DNA of 28,659 bases. Source: Candidatus Woesebacteria bacterium (lineage in GTDB: Bacteria; Patescibacteriota; Microgenomatia; UBA1400; PJMF01). Positions within the stretch are counted from its first letter, which is position 1. Each line of letters opens with the position of its first letter. The notes under the pieces were generated by a model, which was not told where the DNA came from, did no database searches, and was given only the letters and a program-made list of their open reading frames with translations. Of this stretch, positions 16,749 to 26,691 are shown in pieces. The DNA lies in the NCBI GenBank assembly GCA_035388465.1, contig DAOOPX010000002.1, positions 1 to 28,659 of the forward strand. Reading direction: 5' to 3'. A program made the translations under genes and the position numbers.

Positions 16749-17485
16749 TAGTTAACCCTCCCTTCAATCTTTTCCCGCTCTTCTTCTAAAATTAAATCAT
16801 TGATCAACGTGGTCACTTTGGAAGGTCTGGGCACACCCAAAAACTCAAACTCGCGCTTTTCTGCCGCTGTTTGGATAGTGACATTACCGTAATCAAACAC
16901 AGCTGAAAGAAATCCGGCCGTGGCTGCAGTCGTATCTTCAATATTATCAATCTTGGCCGCTGAAATATTACGATAAGTCAAACTAAAAAAATCAATATCG
17001 ATAATTCTCTCGTCTGTGACAATATAGACATTGTAAAACCACTTGAGAAAAGACTCAAAAATAAAACCCAACAAGCCCAGATACCAGCCAAAATAAATGG
17101 CCAGCTGGTAACGCAAAGGGAAGTAATCAAAAAAGCTGATGCTGTCAAAAAAAAGCGGAGCAAACGCAATCACCACAGCCAAAATCACCCAACCTACCTG
17201 GGTAACAGGGTGTTGTCGGAGTAGGAGAATCACGTGTTCATTTGCTGCTTGAGTGCTGAAGCCAATACGAAGGGGCTTGGGAAGAAAAGAAGCAAGGGGG
17301 TTAGCGCCAGGAAGCTCCTGGCGCATCACTTCCGAGTAATCATCGATGTGTCGATGATCGAGATGACGCTGGCTGAGGCTGTACTTATGCTTAATTACTT
17401 CTTTAACTTTGGGAACTGACTCAGCCACTTTTTCTTCTGCAACGTGCTTGCTAGGTTGACCGGAAGCACTAAAAATCTCTGGCAT
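16748..17485 (-). CDS. Membrane protein with bacterial PH domain
   Basis: Two TMs, then YIVTDERIIDIDF..IEDTT..FDYGNVTIQTAAE..FEFLGVPRP. Confidence 0.85.
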   Translation of the reverse strand: MPEIFSASGQPSKHVAEEKVAESVPKVKEVIKHKYSLSQRHLDHRHIDDYSEVMRQELPGANPLASFLPKPLRIGFSTQAANEHVILLLRQHPVTQVGWVILAVVIAFAPLFFDSISFFDYFPLRYQLAIYFGWYLGLLGFIFESFLKWFYNVYIVTDERIIDIDFFSLTYRNISAAKIDNIEDTTAATAGFLSAVFDYGNVTIQTAAEKREFEFLGVPRPSKVTTLINDLILEEEREKIEGRVN

Positions 17486-17530
17486 AACAATGAGTTGATT
17501 ATAACACTAAACTGCGCAACACTAACTGAT

Positions 17531-19324
17531 TTATTGACGCAAAATTTTTAAAAATAGATCCTGATCAACATTAATCTTACCAAACTGCTTCATCCTTTTT
17601 TTACCCTTAGCTTGTTTAGCCAAAAGTTTTTTTCTTCTGGTGACGTCACCACCATAGAGCTTGGCGGTAACGTCTTTGCGGTAAGCTTGGAGATCTTCCC
17701 TGGCAATCACTTTCCCACCCACGCAAGCCTGGATGGCGATGGCAAACATCTGCCGTGGTAAATGTTCTTTGAGTTTCTCGGTCAGGATTCGTCCTTTTGC
17801 CTCTACCTCTTCAGCTAAACACATAAAACTGAAAGCCTCAATCAGTTCTTTATTGATGAGGATATCGACTCGCACGATCTCGGCTCGCTGATATCCAACA
17901 ATCTGGTACTCAAACGAGGCAAATCCAGAAGTAGCAGACTTGAGCTGATCGTGAAACTGCACGATCAGCTCAGCGAGCGGTAGAGAACAAACTATCTTGG
18001 TTTGTTCTGCCACATTTTGACTCATCTTGTACTGACCGCGATGTTTCTGCACTAGCGTCATACAGTCGTGGAAAAATTGCGGTGGGGTGTAAATACTAAT
18101 CTCTACCCAAGGCTCTTCAATATAATCGATTAGACTTGGGTCAGGCAGCTTCACTGGGCTGCTAATGATCTCAGTTTGACCATTTTTCAGAAAAACCCGG
18201 TACTCTACCGTAGGTGTGGTGGCAATAATGCTTAAGTCAAATTCACGATCCAGTCTTTCCAGAACCACTTCAGCGTGAAGTAAGCCCAAAAAACCCATCT
18301 GAAAACCACTTCCCAATGCCTGAGATTGAGTTGGTGTGTAGGTCAAAGCGGCATCGCGCAACACTAATTTGTAGATAGCTTCCTTCAAATTGGGAAAATC
18401 GGCCGAATCAACTGGATAAATCTCTAAAAAGACGAATGGCTTGGGTGGCTGATATCCAGACAAAGGTTGAACGTCTTGATTTACCTTGGCAGTGGTCAAA
18501 GTATCTCCTACTGTCAGTTTGCGCACATCTTTGAGACCAGTGGCAATGTAGCCAACTTCACCAGTCTTAAGCACTTCGGTTGGTACCATCTCTGGAGAAA
18601 AATAACCAACTTCGGGAGCTACGAACTCGGATTTCGCGCCAAGCAGACGGACGGTCTGCCTGGCGCGAAACTCACCATCTACCACTCGCACCAGGGCGAT
18701 CGCCCCCTGGTGCGAGTGGTAATAAGAAGTAATCATCAGTCCCCGAGGCGCACCTCCTACATCGCCACTAGGAGGAGGAATTTTCTGGACAATCTCTTCA
18801 AGCAATCTCGGAACATTTTCTCCGGTTTTGGCGGATACGGCAATTATTTTATCTTCAGTTACATGACAAAGCTCCATCAATTCTAAGCTGGTTTTTTCAA
18901 TATCCGCTGTCGGATAATCAATTTTATTTATCACTGGAATCACAGCTAAATTTAGTTTTTGTGCCTGGTAATAATGAGATAAAGTTTGAGCTTGTACTCC
19001 CTGAGTAGCATCGACCACTAGCACTACTCCCTCGCAAGCGGTTAGAGCTCGACTCACCTCATAGCTAAAATCAACATGTCCGGGAGTGTCGATTAAGTGT
19101 AGTAAGTACTCTTGACCATCACTGGTCGAGACGTACTTCATTCTCACCGGCGCCAACTTAATGGTAATACCCCGTTCTTGCTCGATGGGATTGCTATCCA
19201 TCACTCGCTCCTGCTTGGCCATTGCTGGGGTCAATGTTTTCGTCAATTGCAACAGCCGATCGGTCAAAGTTGTCTTACCGTGATCAATATGAGCAATGAT
19301 AGAGAAGTTGCGAACTTTGTTCAC
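17531..19324 (-). CDS. lepA: Elongation factor 4
   Basis: RNFSIIAHIDHGKTT, IDTPGHVDFSYEV, NKID, GFLGLLH, KDVTAKLYGGDVTRRKKLL; GTG start. Confidence 0.98.
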   Translation of the reverse strand: MNKVRNFSIIAHIDHGKTTLTDRLLQLTKTLTPAMAKQERVMDSNPIEQERGITIKLAPVRMKYVSTSDGQEYLLHLIDTPGHVDFSYEVSRALTACEGVVLVVDATQGVQAQTLSHYYQAQKLNLAVIPVINKIDYPTADIEKTSLELMELCHVTEDKIIAVSAKTGENVPRLLEEIVQKIPPPSGDVGGAPRGLMITSYYHSHQGAIALVRVVDGEFRARQTVRLLGAKSEFVAPEVGYFSPEMVPTEVLKTGEVGYIATGLKDVRKLTVGDTLTTAKVNQDVQPLSGYQPPKPFVFLEIYPVDSADFPNLKEAIYKLVLRDAALTYTPTQSQALGSGFQMGFLGLLHAEVVLERLDREFDLSIIATTPTVEYRVFLKNGQTEIISSPVKLPDPSLIDYIEEPWVEISIYTPPQFFHDCMTLVQKHRGQYKMSQNVAEQTKIVCSLPLAELIVQFHDQLKSATSGFASFEYQIVGYQRAEIVRVDILINKELIEAFSFMCLAEEVEAKGRILTEKLKEHLPRQMFAIAIQACVGGKVIAREDLQAYRKDVTAKLYGGDVTRRKKLLAKQAKGKKRMKQFGKINVDQDLFLKILRQ

Positions 19325-19326
19325 AC

Positions 19327-19569
19327 TTATTTGGCGAGATGCAGAAGCTTACTCGCCCTAGATTTAATTCTGGCTGCTTTGTTGCGATGAACTAAATTAC
19401 GTTTGAGTGCTTTATCCACATCCGAAAAAACTTCACTCAAGTTATCGGCAGTGGGCTGTGTCACAATTTTCTTCAGACTACTGCGCATTCGAGCTGAAAC
19501 CAAGTTATTGTACTTTGTTTTACGCTGAGTAGATCTTAAAGCTTTTTTGGCGTTAGCTAGAATTGGCAT
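19327..19569 (-). CDS. rpsT: 30S ribosomal protein S20
   Basis: MPILANAKKALR..DKALKRNLVHRNKAARIKSR. Start revised to ATG 19569 (AAAGGA SD). Confidence 0.95.
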   Translation of the reverse strand: MPILANAKKALRSTQRKTKYNNLVSARMRSSLKKIVTQPTADNLSEVFSDVDKALKRNLVHRNKAARIKSRASKLLHLAK

Positions 19570-19650
19570 AACAATTTTTTCCTTTGTAGAATACAATATC
19601 CTTACTTTTTTAAAGATTTATCGAGTGCTCTAAAGAAGTTGGATTATACC

Positions 19651-21342
19651 ATGCTACCTCATTTTACTCTACCTAAGATTTTGCTTAACAACTCCTGGTT
19701 GGAAAAACAACAAACTAGTATTCTGTCGGCTGCGTTTGTCATTACCGCAGCAAATGTGCTCTCTTCTCTAATTGGATTAGTTAGAGAAAGATTGCTGATT
19801 ACCTATTTTTTTGATGAAGTTGCTTCTCAACAAGCCTTAGAAGCCTTTCAAATCGCTTTTCAAATCCCAGACGCACTGTTTCAGTTGCTTGTTCTTGGTG
19901 CTCTTTCGGCAGCCTTCATTCCTATCTTTACCGACGAAAAAGGTAGGTCCGAGCTCTCAGCTTTTGCTATGACTTCGAGTGTAATGAACTTAATTTTATT
20001 AGCATTTATTGTGATTAGTGCAATCACTTATTGGTTAGCTTACCCGATTACTTTATGGCGGACTGGTAACGCTATTACACCTGAGCAAATTACCATCATC
20101 GTCAACTTGACTCGAATAATGCTAGTGGCTCAATTGTTTTTTGCCATCTCTAACTTTTTTTCCGGAATGCTTCAGTCTTATCAAAGATTCGTCCTACCGG
20201 CAGTTGCCCCCATTCTCTACAACTTGGGAATCATGCTGGGAGTTGTTTTACTCTACGAGAGATTAGGAATTTACTCCGCTGGAGTGGGCGTAGTGCTTGG
20301 AGCAGTGATTCATATGGGGGTACAACTGCCGGCTATTAACAAAATCGGCTATCGCCATCGTTTGATAATTGATCTGAAAATCAACAGTGTCAAAAAATTG
20401 TTGGCAATGATGCCGCCCAGAGTAGCAACTTTCGCCGTTAGCGAAATTCAAAACCTGTCTTTGGGATTTTTTGCCACCTCGCTAGGTAATCTCAGCTTTT
20501 TTATTATTCGCCTGGCTATGAGATTAATGACCATCCCTATCAGATTGTTTGGGGTACCTATTGGCCAAGCCTCGTTGGCATTTTTATCGGAAAAAACTAG
20601 AGAGAAAGATTTAGAAAAGTTTACTTCATTGTTGACAACCTCACTTCACCAAATTGCTTTTTTTGCTTTTCCCGCATCTGTGCTGCTCTTGATACTCCGT
20701 ATTCCAGTTGTCAGGTTGGTTTTTGGTGCCCATAACCTGCCGTGGGAAACAACTGTGGCGACTGGCAAAGCAGTCGCCATTGTCGCCCTCTCAATTGTTG
20801 CTCAATGTCTAGTACAACTAATGATCAGGGCTTTTCATGCCCTTAAAGACACCAAAACTCCATTTTTGATCGCGCTACTCACCACATTTTTTTACTTGGT
20901 AGGTTGTTTCGTAATTATTAAATTCTCCTCTCTAGGAATAAACGGAATTGCAACAATTATTTCACTAACTGCTGTGCTTGAATTGAGTCTTTTCGTGATT
21001 TTTCTTGAGAGAAAAATCGGCAACTTTACTACGAAAAATTTATTTGTGCCACAAGCCAAGATGCTTGTGGCCGCATTTTTGATGTCAGTATTTCTTTATC
21101 TGCCATTCAAAGTCCTTGACGAGCTTGTGTTTGAAACTTCGCGCACTATTGAACTAATTGGTCTGACAGTAGTTACCAGCACCATTGGCTTATTGGTTTA
21201 TCTATATCTGGCTTATTTACTCAATATTCATGAATTACAGATAGTGCGGAAAGTGCTTCAATCGATCGGTTCTTGGCGCAAGTCACTCACAAGGACTCCA
21301 GAAGTGATGATTGAAACCACTCAGGACGACGGCATAGTTTAA
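19651..21342 (+). CDS. murJ: Lipid II flippase MurJ (MviN)
   Basis: IGLVRERL, AFQIPDALFQLL..GALSAAFIPIF, QRFVLPAVAPILYN, RAFHALKDTKTP; many TMs. Confidence 0.93.
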   Translation: MLPHFTLPKILLNNSWLEKQQTSILSAAFVITAANVLSSLIGLVRERLLITYFFDEVASQQALEAFQIAFQIPDALFQLLVLGALSAAFIPIFTDEKGRSELSAFAMTSSVMNLILLAFIVISAITYWLAYPITLWRTGNAITPEQITIIVNLTRIMLVAQLFFAISNFFSGMLQSYQRFVLPAVAPILYNLGIMLGVVLLYERLGIYSAGVGVVLGAVIHMGVQLPAINKIGYRHRLIIDLKINSVKKLLAMMPPRVATFAVSEIQNLSLGFFATSLGNLSFFIIRLAMRLMTIPIRLFGVPIGQASLAFLSEKTREKDLEKFTSLLTTSLHQIAFFAFPASVLLLILRIPVVRLVFGAHNLPWETTVATGKAVAIVALSIVAQCLVQLMIRAFHALKDTKTPFLIALLTTFFYLVGCFVIIKFSSLGINGIATIISLTAVLELSLFVIFLERKIGNFTTKNLFVPQAKMLVAAFLMSVFLYLPFKVLDELVFETSRTIELIGLTVVTSTIGLLVYLYLAYLLNIHELQIVRKVLQSIGSWRKSLTRTPEVMIETTQDDGIV

Positions 21343-21392
21343 CTAGGTATTGAGTTCTAGCTGCGATTTGAGCTACAATCGTATTCAATCGC

Positions 21393-21938
21393 ATGCCTGC
21401 CAAAACCAAAGATATCAATATTAATTTGTTGCCTGAGGATCCGTTTTTCCAAACGATTAATGGAAGGGCTCTGAGGTGGATTCTATCTGTGGGGCGTTAC
21501 TTGGTTATTTTCACCGAACTGGTGGTAATTGTCAGTTTTGCCACTAGATTTACTCTAGACAGAAAAATTACTGATCTAAATCGAACAATTTTTCAAAAGA
21601 TGAGTGTAATTGATTCTTACGGAGATTTTGAGCAAAGGTTTGTACTAATTCAAAACAAATTGGATCAGTATGAAGAACTGACCAAACAACAAAATTTGAT
21701 TGACACATTTGCCTTGCTGTCATCGATTACTCCAGCCGACGTTTCAGTGGAAAAATTATCTATCACAAAAGACCGAGTTGTAGTATCTGGTCAATCCTTA
21801 ACCCAAGCAGCATTCAATAATTTAATTAATAATTTGCAGCTTTCACCCAATTTTGCCAATGTGTCTGTGGGGAAAATCACTGTTAACCCAGAAGGAACTG
21901 GTTATATTTTCCAGTTTCAAGCCTCTACAACCAAATAA
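21393..21938 (+). CDS. pilN: Type IV pilus alignment protein, PilN-like
   Basis: DININLLP N-terminus, one TM, coiled coil, ferredoxin-like ..VSGQS..FINNL-like..SPNFANV. Confidence 0.8.
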   Translation: MPAKTKDININLLPEDPFFQTINGRALRWILSVGRYLVIFTELVVIVSFATRFTLDRKITDLNRTIFQKMSVIDSYGDFEQRFVLIQNKLDQYEELTKQQNLIDTFALLSSITPADVSVEKLSITKDRVVVSGQSLTQAAFNNLINNLQLSPNFANVSVGKITVNPEGTGYIFQFQASTTK

Positions 21939-21944
21939 AAAATT

Positions 21945-22535
21945 ATGAACGATAAAAAATTTACAAACTTTCTATCTGAGTACTACCGAAATCCAGTAGC
22001 AAGTGTATCTCTCGAGCTAATCCTGACGATTGTGTTGGTTTTATCACTAACTTTTTTCGCGATCAAACCCACACTTACTACCATGGGTAAGTTATCAAAA
22101 GAAATCACAGAAAAAGAAGAAGTTGTTGAAAAATTGGAACAAAAAATTATTTCCCTAAATACAGCGCAAAACGAGTATTATGCATGGGAAGATAAGCTTT
22201 CGCTATTAGACTCCGCCTTTCCTTCTGCAGATAACTCATTGACAGATGTCAAAACAATCGAACGACTTGCCTACGAAAATGACGTGGTACTAACCAGTCT
22301 TTCTTTACCTTCATTTCCTGAATTTAAAGATAAAGCTAAGCTTGAAGTTTATAATCAACCACTTAGTTTGACAGTAGAAGGAGATTATGTTTCGATCAAG
22401 AATTTTGTCGGCAGCTTAATCGATAATCGACGAGTTTTAGTTATTAACTCAATCACTTTCTCGATTAGAAAACAAAAACAAACGGCAGAAAGTCTTTCGG
22501 CTACAATGACTATTAACTCACCTTATTATTACTAA
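21945..22535 (+). CDS. pilO: Type IV pilus protein, PilO-like
   Basis: TM + coiled coil, LDSAFPS, VEGDYVSIKNFVGSL..RRVLVINSITF. Confidence 0.8.
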   Translation: MNDKKFTNFLSEYYRNPVASVSLELILTIVLVLSLTFFAIKPTLTTMGKLSKEITEKEEVVEKLEQKIISLNTAQNEYYAWEDKLSLLDSAFPSADNSLTDVKTIERLAYENDVVLTSLSLPSFPEFKDKAKLEVYNQPLSLTVEGDYVSIKNFVGSLIDNRRVLVINSITFSIRKQKQTAESLSATMTINSPYYY

Positions 22536-22846
22536 TGCAAAATTATACTAAAGCACTACTAGCACTCAGGGGAAAAAAATACGCCTTAATTGTGTTGAGC
22601 TTGCTATCTTTGAGTATTTTCATCTGGACTATGATTGTCATTTTTGCTACCCAACTTGAGTCGAGTGTTGAAAAAAAAGTTCAAGCAGCTACCAAACCTT
22701 TAAAACCTTACTTTAATACTGAAGTTCTCGCTAAGATGTCAGAAAAGAAATATTTTACAGTTGAAGAGTTAATAAATTTTAAAGTACGAGTTTTTGAGTA
22801 TGACCTAGACTCTCGAGAAAAAAGATTGCAGGTAATTGAAAAATAA
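22535..22846 (+). CDS. Hypothetical single-TM protein of the pilNO operon
   Basis: TAATG coupling to pilO; one TM. Confidence 0.7.
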   Translation: MQNYTKALLALRGKKYALIVLSLLSLSIFIWTMIVIFATQLESSVEKKVQAATKPLKPYFNTEVLAKMSEKKYFTVEELINFKVRVFEYDLDSREKRLQVIEK

Positions 22847-22936
22847 ATATCTTCGGTATTTATTCGCATTGCGATTTAGGAGTTTTTTCTCTAAAGTAGT
22901 AGCTGTGTTGTTTTTGTGGTGTTCTGTGTTGTTGTT

Positions 22937-24616
22937 ATGAACAATCTTAATCAAAATCGTTCAATCCTAAATATGCGTTTTCCCACACTCCTGGGTGTCG
23001 GAGTACTTGTCATTGGCTTGATCGCTGGCATCTTCATCTTTGAGCAAGGAACGGGGTTGTTTCTTCCCCGAGCCACGGAAGAAACAACCCCACAAAATGT
23101 CAAAATCACCAATGTAACCGAAAGAAGCTTCTCAGTCTCGTTTGCTACTCAAACAGCTACTAGCGCTTTTATCAAAATAGATAGTTCTGGCAAAGGTGGA
23201 CAAACTACCAAAACCGATATGCAAGCCAGTGACGACCGAGACCAGCTTCAAGGAAGTGTTGGCGAGTACCCACTTCATCACGTTACCCTAACTGGGCTTG
23301 ATCCTGAAACAGAGTATTATTTTTTGGTAGGCACTGGCAAAGGCGCTCTTTTTGATAACAACGGTGAAAAATTTATGGTCAAAACTACCAAAAGAAGTAC
23401 GAACGCTCCAAATGCCAGAACCATCTACGGCTCTGTAGTTGATCAAAACGGGGCCCCAGCCAAAGGTAGTATTGTGTATGTTCAACTAGATCAAGCAGGA
23501 GAGATGTCACAATTAGTCCAAGATTCTGGAAGTTGGGCCATTCCTTTATCAAATGCCAGGTTGAAAGATGGATCGCAGTACGCCATAGTCACCGATGACT
23601 CCGAGCTTGGCTTTCTGATTCAGGGTCACCCGCTCAATCTCAGTAGCTCGTTACAAACCACTGTAGGTGAGTTCGAGTCCGGATTCAAAATAGTTCTTGG
23701 TCAAACTCAAGGCATATCTCAGGGTAGTAACAGTACTGAATCGGGTAAACTGAACGCAGATCCCACGCCAACAGCAACCATCGCTACTTCTTCAATTTCT
23801 CCAGCTCCAGCAACCTCACAATCTGCAACCCTGACCCTAACTCCCTCACCGAGTGCATCAAGCTCAATCACTCTCGCACCAACTCAAGTAGTTGAGGCAG
23901 GGGCATTATCTGAATTGTTAGCTAATTCCCAGTCAATTGAGATAAATGACGCTGAACAGGTAATTGATCTGAATCAGGAGGGTCACCAAGAAGTTAGCAC
24001 TCAACAACCCACTATCGTCGGTTCTGCCCCAGCCAATGTCAGTATCACCATCAAAATTCATTCTGATTCTCAAGTTGAAACAACCCTCACTTCCAATAGT
24101 GACGGTGAGTTTGAGTTGAATCTTGCTCAACTTAATAAGCAGCTCGAACCTGGAGAGCACGTGATCGAGTACTCGTATATCGATCCTGACACCAACGAGT
24201 TGGTAACAAAAACTCATACTTTCACCGTATTTGCTCCAGCAGATACACAACTTGCTCAGGCATACCCATCACCCACATCATCAGCCTATGGTACTGAGTA
24301 TCCATATGGCACAACACCAAGTCCTACTCCTATTCCAACTGGTTCAGATGGAGAAGCAAACTCAAGTACAGTTACTCCCACAGTATCGATCTCAATTACT
24401 CCAACTGTGACACTGACCGCTTCTCAGTCTGCTAATGCAACTGATTCGAGTTCAAGCACCAAGGGTGGCATAGCTACATCGAGCGCTGGCTCCGCCAGCG
24501 CACTACCCAAATCTGGAGTAATCAACACTACTCTGACTCTGATTTTCGGTGGTCTGTTTTTCCTCCTTGCTGGCGGCTGGTCATTCTGGGTGGCGAAAGA
24601 AATTGAGCGAGAGTAA
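22937..24616 (+). CDS. Surface protein with FN3-like and Ig-like domains, S/T/P-rich linkers and a C-terminal LPxSG-TM tail
   Basis: FPTLLGVGVLVIGL N-anchor, PQNVKITNVTERSFSVSF, HHVTLTGLDPETEYYF, QQPTIVGSAPAN, LPKSG + hydrophobic segment. Confidence 0.85.
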   Translation: MNNLNQNRSILNMRFPTLLGVGVLVIGLIAGIFIFEQGTGLFLPRATEETTPQNVKITNVTERSFSVSFATQTATSAFIKIDSSGKGGQTTKTDMQASDDRDQLQGSVGEYPLHHVTLTGLDPETEYYFLVGTGKGALFDNNGEKFMVKTTKRSTNAPNARTIYGSVVDQNGAPAKGSIVYVQLDQAGEMSQLVQDSGSWAIPLSNARLKDGSQYAIVTDDSELGFLIQGHPLNLSSSLQTTVGEFESGFKIVLGQTQGISQGSNSTESGKLNADPTPTATIATSSISPAPATSQSATLTLTPSPSASSSITLAPTQVVEAGALSELLANSQSIEINDAEQVIDLNQEGHQEVSTQQPTIVGSAPANVSITIKIHSDSQVETTLTSNSDGEFELNLAQLNKQLEPGEHVIEYSYIDPDTNELVTKTHTFTVFAPADTQLAQAYPSPTSSAYGTEYPYGTTPSPTPIPTGSDGEANSSTVTPTVSISITPTVTLTASQSANATDSSSSTKGGIATSSAGSASALPKSGVINTTLTLIFGGLFFLLAGGWSFWVAKEIERE

Positions 24617-24620
24617 GTCA

Positions 24621-25448
24621 ATGGTTGCAAACAAAATCATGTTTGATGAACAACAAGCTTTAGACCAAAACTCCACACTTACCCCATCACCAATCGATCA
24701 GTTACCAACTGTTCAAAATCCATTAGGTGCGGGCAATCAGCTGTCTACTAACTCTCGGTCAAAATCGTTTCTATTAATTATCGTTGGTTTGTTTGTGGCA
24801 GTTTTTTGCATATTTCTCTTCTTTGCCTATCAATACTATGAGAAAATTAAGATCATTGATAATTCTCAATCTGAGAATCAGTATCCTACGATAACACCAA
24901 TCACCACCCCATTGAGTGAACCCCCCGAAACGACCTCCAACCCAGGCTTTACCACAGATCCTCTCCCTACCCAAGTCGTTGAAAACAACTTGACTAAACC
25001 CCCTGAATGGAAAACTTACTCAAGCGCACAAGTTGGCTACTCTTTCCGCTACCCATCTTACGTTGAGCTAACAGAAGAAAATGTCGTTCAGCTCTCCTTT
25101 TGGGGACCAACTCAAAATGCTAACACCGAGTTTTACGACGGTATCTCGCTCAATTTTTCACTGCCGTTTAAAATTGAAGGGCTAGCTTTAGAAGAGTATG
25201 TTGATCAACAAATAGTCATGTTTCAAGAAAATGGAGAGATTGCTATCCCTAGAACAAAAATTTCGTATAACAACTATCAGGGTTACTATTTTGTCGTTCA
25301 AGGAATGGGCACATTTAAGAATATTTATCTCCAATCACCAAGTAAAGAATGGGTGGTGGAGATTGTAGATAGCACCGTTGATCCAACCAACCAAGGATAT
25401 CTGGAAACTGTCAAACAAATCCTCAATTCGTTTCAGTTTGAAAAATAA
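24621..25448 (+). CDS. Single-TM protein with P/T-rich linker and PsbP-like C-terminal domain
   Basis: TM FLLIIVGLFVAVFCIFLFF, WKTYSSAQVGYSFRYP, ILNSFQF end. Start revised to ATG 24621. Confidence 0.65.
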   Translation: MVANKIMFDEQQALDQNSTLTPSPIDQLPTVQNPLGAGNQLSTNSRSKSFLLIIVGLFVAVFCIFLFFAYQYYEKIKIIDNSQSENQYPTITPITTPLSEPPETTSNPGFTTDPLPTQVVENNLTKPPEWKTYSSAQVGYSFRYPSYVELTEENVVQLSFWGPTQNANTEFYDGISLNFSLPFKIEGLALEEYVDQQIVMFQENGEIAIPRTKISYNNYQGYYFVVQGMGTFKNIYLQSPSKEWVVEIVDSTVDPTNQGYLETVKQILNSFQFEK

Positions 25449-25529
25449 AAGATACCTATAAAATCTCTAAATATTTCTCCTCCGTTTGTTGAAAAAGAGT
25501 TGCTCTCCACGTTTTGACCCGATTTTTCT

Positions 25530-25561
25530 TTATATAAATTCGTATATACAGATTTATATAA
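25530..25561. repeat. 32-bp AT-rich palindrome, copy 2
   Basis: TTATATAAATTCGTATATACAGATTTATATAA, 29/32 identical to copy 1. Confidence 0.9.
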
Positions 25562-25617
25562 ATAGAAAAAGTACCGTAAAGAACAATGCTACTGCACCCA
25601 CCCAATTTTGACTCTAA

Positions 25618-26691
25618 TTTTCTTTACACTTGGTCTCAATAATTTAACGCAACGATTTTTTGTATAACTTCTATTGGTTTTAAGTATCCAAGCACCTTTC
25701 TTGGTCTATCATTGAGCTCTCGTTCAACATGCTTGATCTCCTCAGCGCTGACTGTGGTGAAGTCAGTTCCTTTAGGAAAATACTGTCGAATCAGTCCGTT
25801 AGTATTTTCATTTGTTCCTCGTTCCCAAGGTGATGAGGGATGGGCAAAGTATACCTGAATATTGGTGTCTACGGTGAATTGTTTGTGTTGACTTATTTCT
25901 TTTCCTTGGTCGTAGGTGAGACTCAAAGCTAACTCCTTCGGCAATTGTTTAAACTCTCTAGCTAGGGCCTCTCTGACACTACCAGCATCTTTGGCTGTCA
26001 GCGGTACTAATATGGTGTAGCGCGTGGTTCTTTCTACTAGAGTAGCCAGCGCACTTGTTTTGTATTTGCCTAAAATTAAGTCTCCTTCCCAGTGTCCGGG
26101 TACACTGCGATCTTCGACATCTGCAGGTCGCTCTTCTATAGAAATCATTTCACTGATTTTTCCACGGTTTTTTGCATCCTTACTTCGTTCTTGTTTTCTC
26201 CTATGCGCTCGCTCCTGTCGTAGTGACTTAAGCAAAGCTTTTTTCAGTTCTCCTTTTGGTAACACGTAAATGAATTGGTAAATTGCTTCTGCAGAGATTC
26301 TCATGGTCATATCTAAAGGATATTCTACCCTGAGACGATCACTAATCTCATCTGGAGACCATTTCAGTTTAAGTTTCTCGAGCACATAGTGTTGTAGTTC
26401 CTGTTGTAATATGAGTTTTCTTTTTCCTGCACGTCTTGAAGCAGCAGTTCTCTGACTCATCCGATGAGCAGATATTGGTCGATACCCAGTTTTGACACTG
26501 TTTCGCCGTAGTTCTCTGGAGATGGTGCTGGTTTCCCGCCCCAACTTTCGTGCGATCAGGGCAAAGCTCGTTGTTTGTGCTAAACAAAGGCTGATTTCTT
26601 CACGCTCCCATTCGTTAAGTCGTCTATATTTTTGTTGCATCCGGATATTCTATCCGTTGCGTTAAATTATTGAGACCAAGTGTAAAGAAAA
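25618..26691 (-). mobile_element. IS30-family insertion sequence
   Basis: Perfect 37-bp inverted repeats (25618-25654 and 26655-26691) enclose one transposase. The inner part TCAAT..AACGCAAC resembles the IS30 ends. True ends are probably 9-11 bp inside the outer limits given. Confidence 0.93.
25636..26640 (-). CDS. IS30-family DDE transposase
   Basis: N-terminal HTH (IARKLGRETSTISRELRRN), GHWEGDL, LTYDQGKE, SPWERGTNENTNGLIRQYFPKG; the stop codon lies inside the IR. Confidence 0.97.
   Translation of the reverse strand: MQQKYRRLNEWEREEISLCLAQTTSFALIARKLGRETSTISRELRRNSVKTGYRPISAHRMSQRTAASRRAGKRKLILQQELQHYVLEKLKLKWSPDEISDRLRVEYPLDMTMRISAEAIYQFIYVLPKGELKKALLKSLRQERAHRRKQERSKDAKNRGKISEMISIEERPADVEDRSVPGHWEGDLILGKYKTSALATLVERTTRYTILVPLTAKDAGSVREALAREFKQLPKELALSLTYDQGKEISQHKQFTVDTNIQVYFAHPSSPWERGTNENTNGLIRQYFPKGTDFTTVSAEEIKHVERELNDRPRKVLGYLKPIEVIQKIVALNY

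Noticed and set aside
19412-19420. Perfect DnaA box TTATCCACA
   Set aside because: A single copy inside rpsT, explained by the codons for V-D-K.
1184-24974. Many short ORFs in the track nested in or antisense to long genes (e.g. 1184-1468, 2595-2894, 4355-4708, 10726-10911, 11201-11602, 18467-18886, 23933-24250)
   Set aside because: No recognisable motifs; fully explained as alternative frames of well-supported genes.
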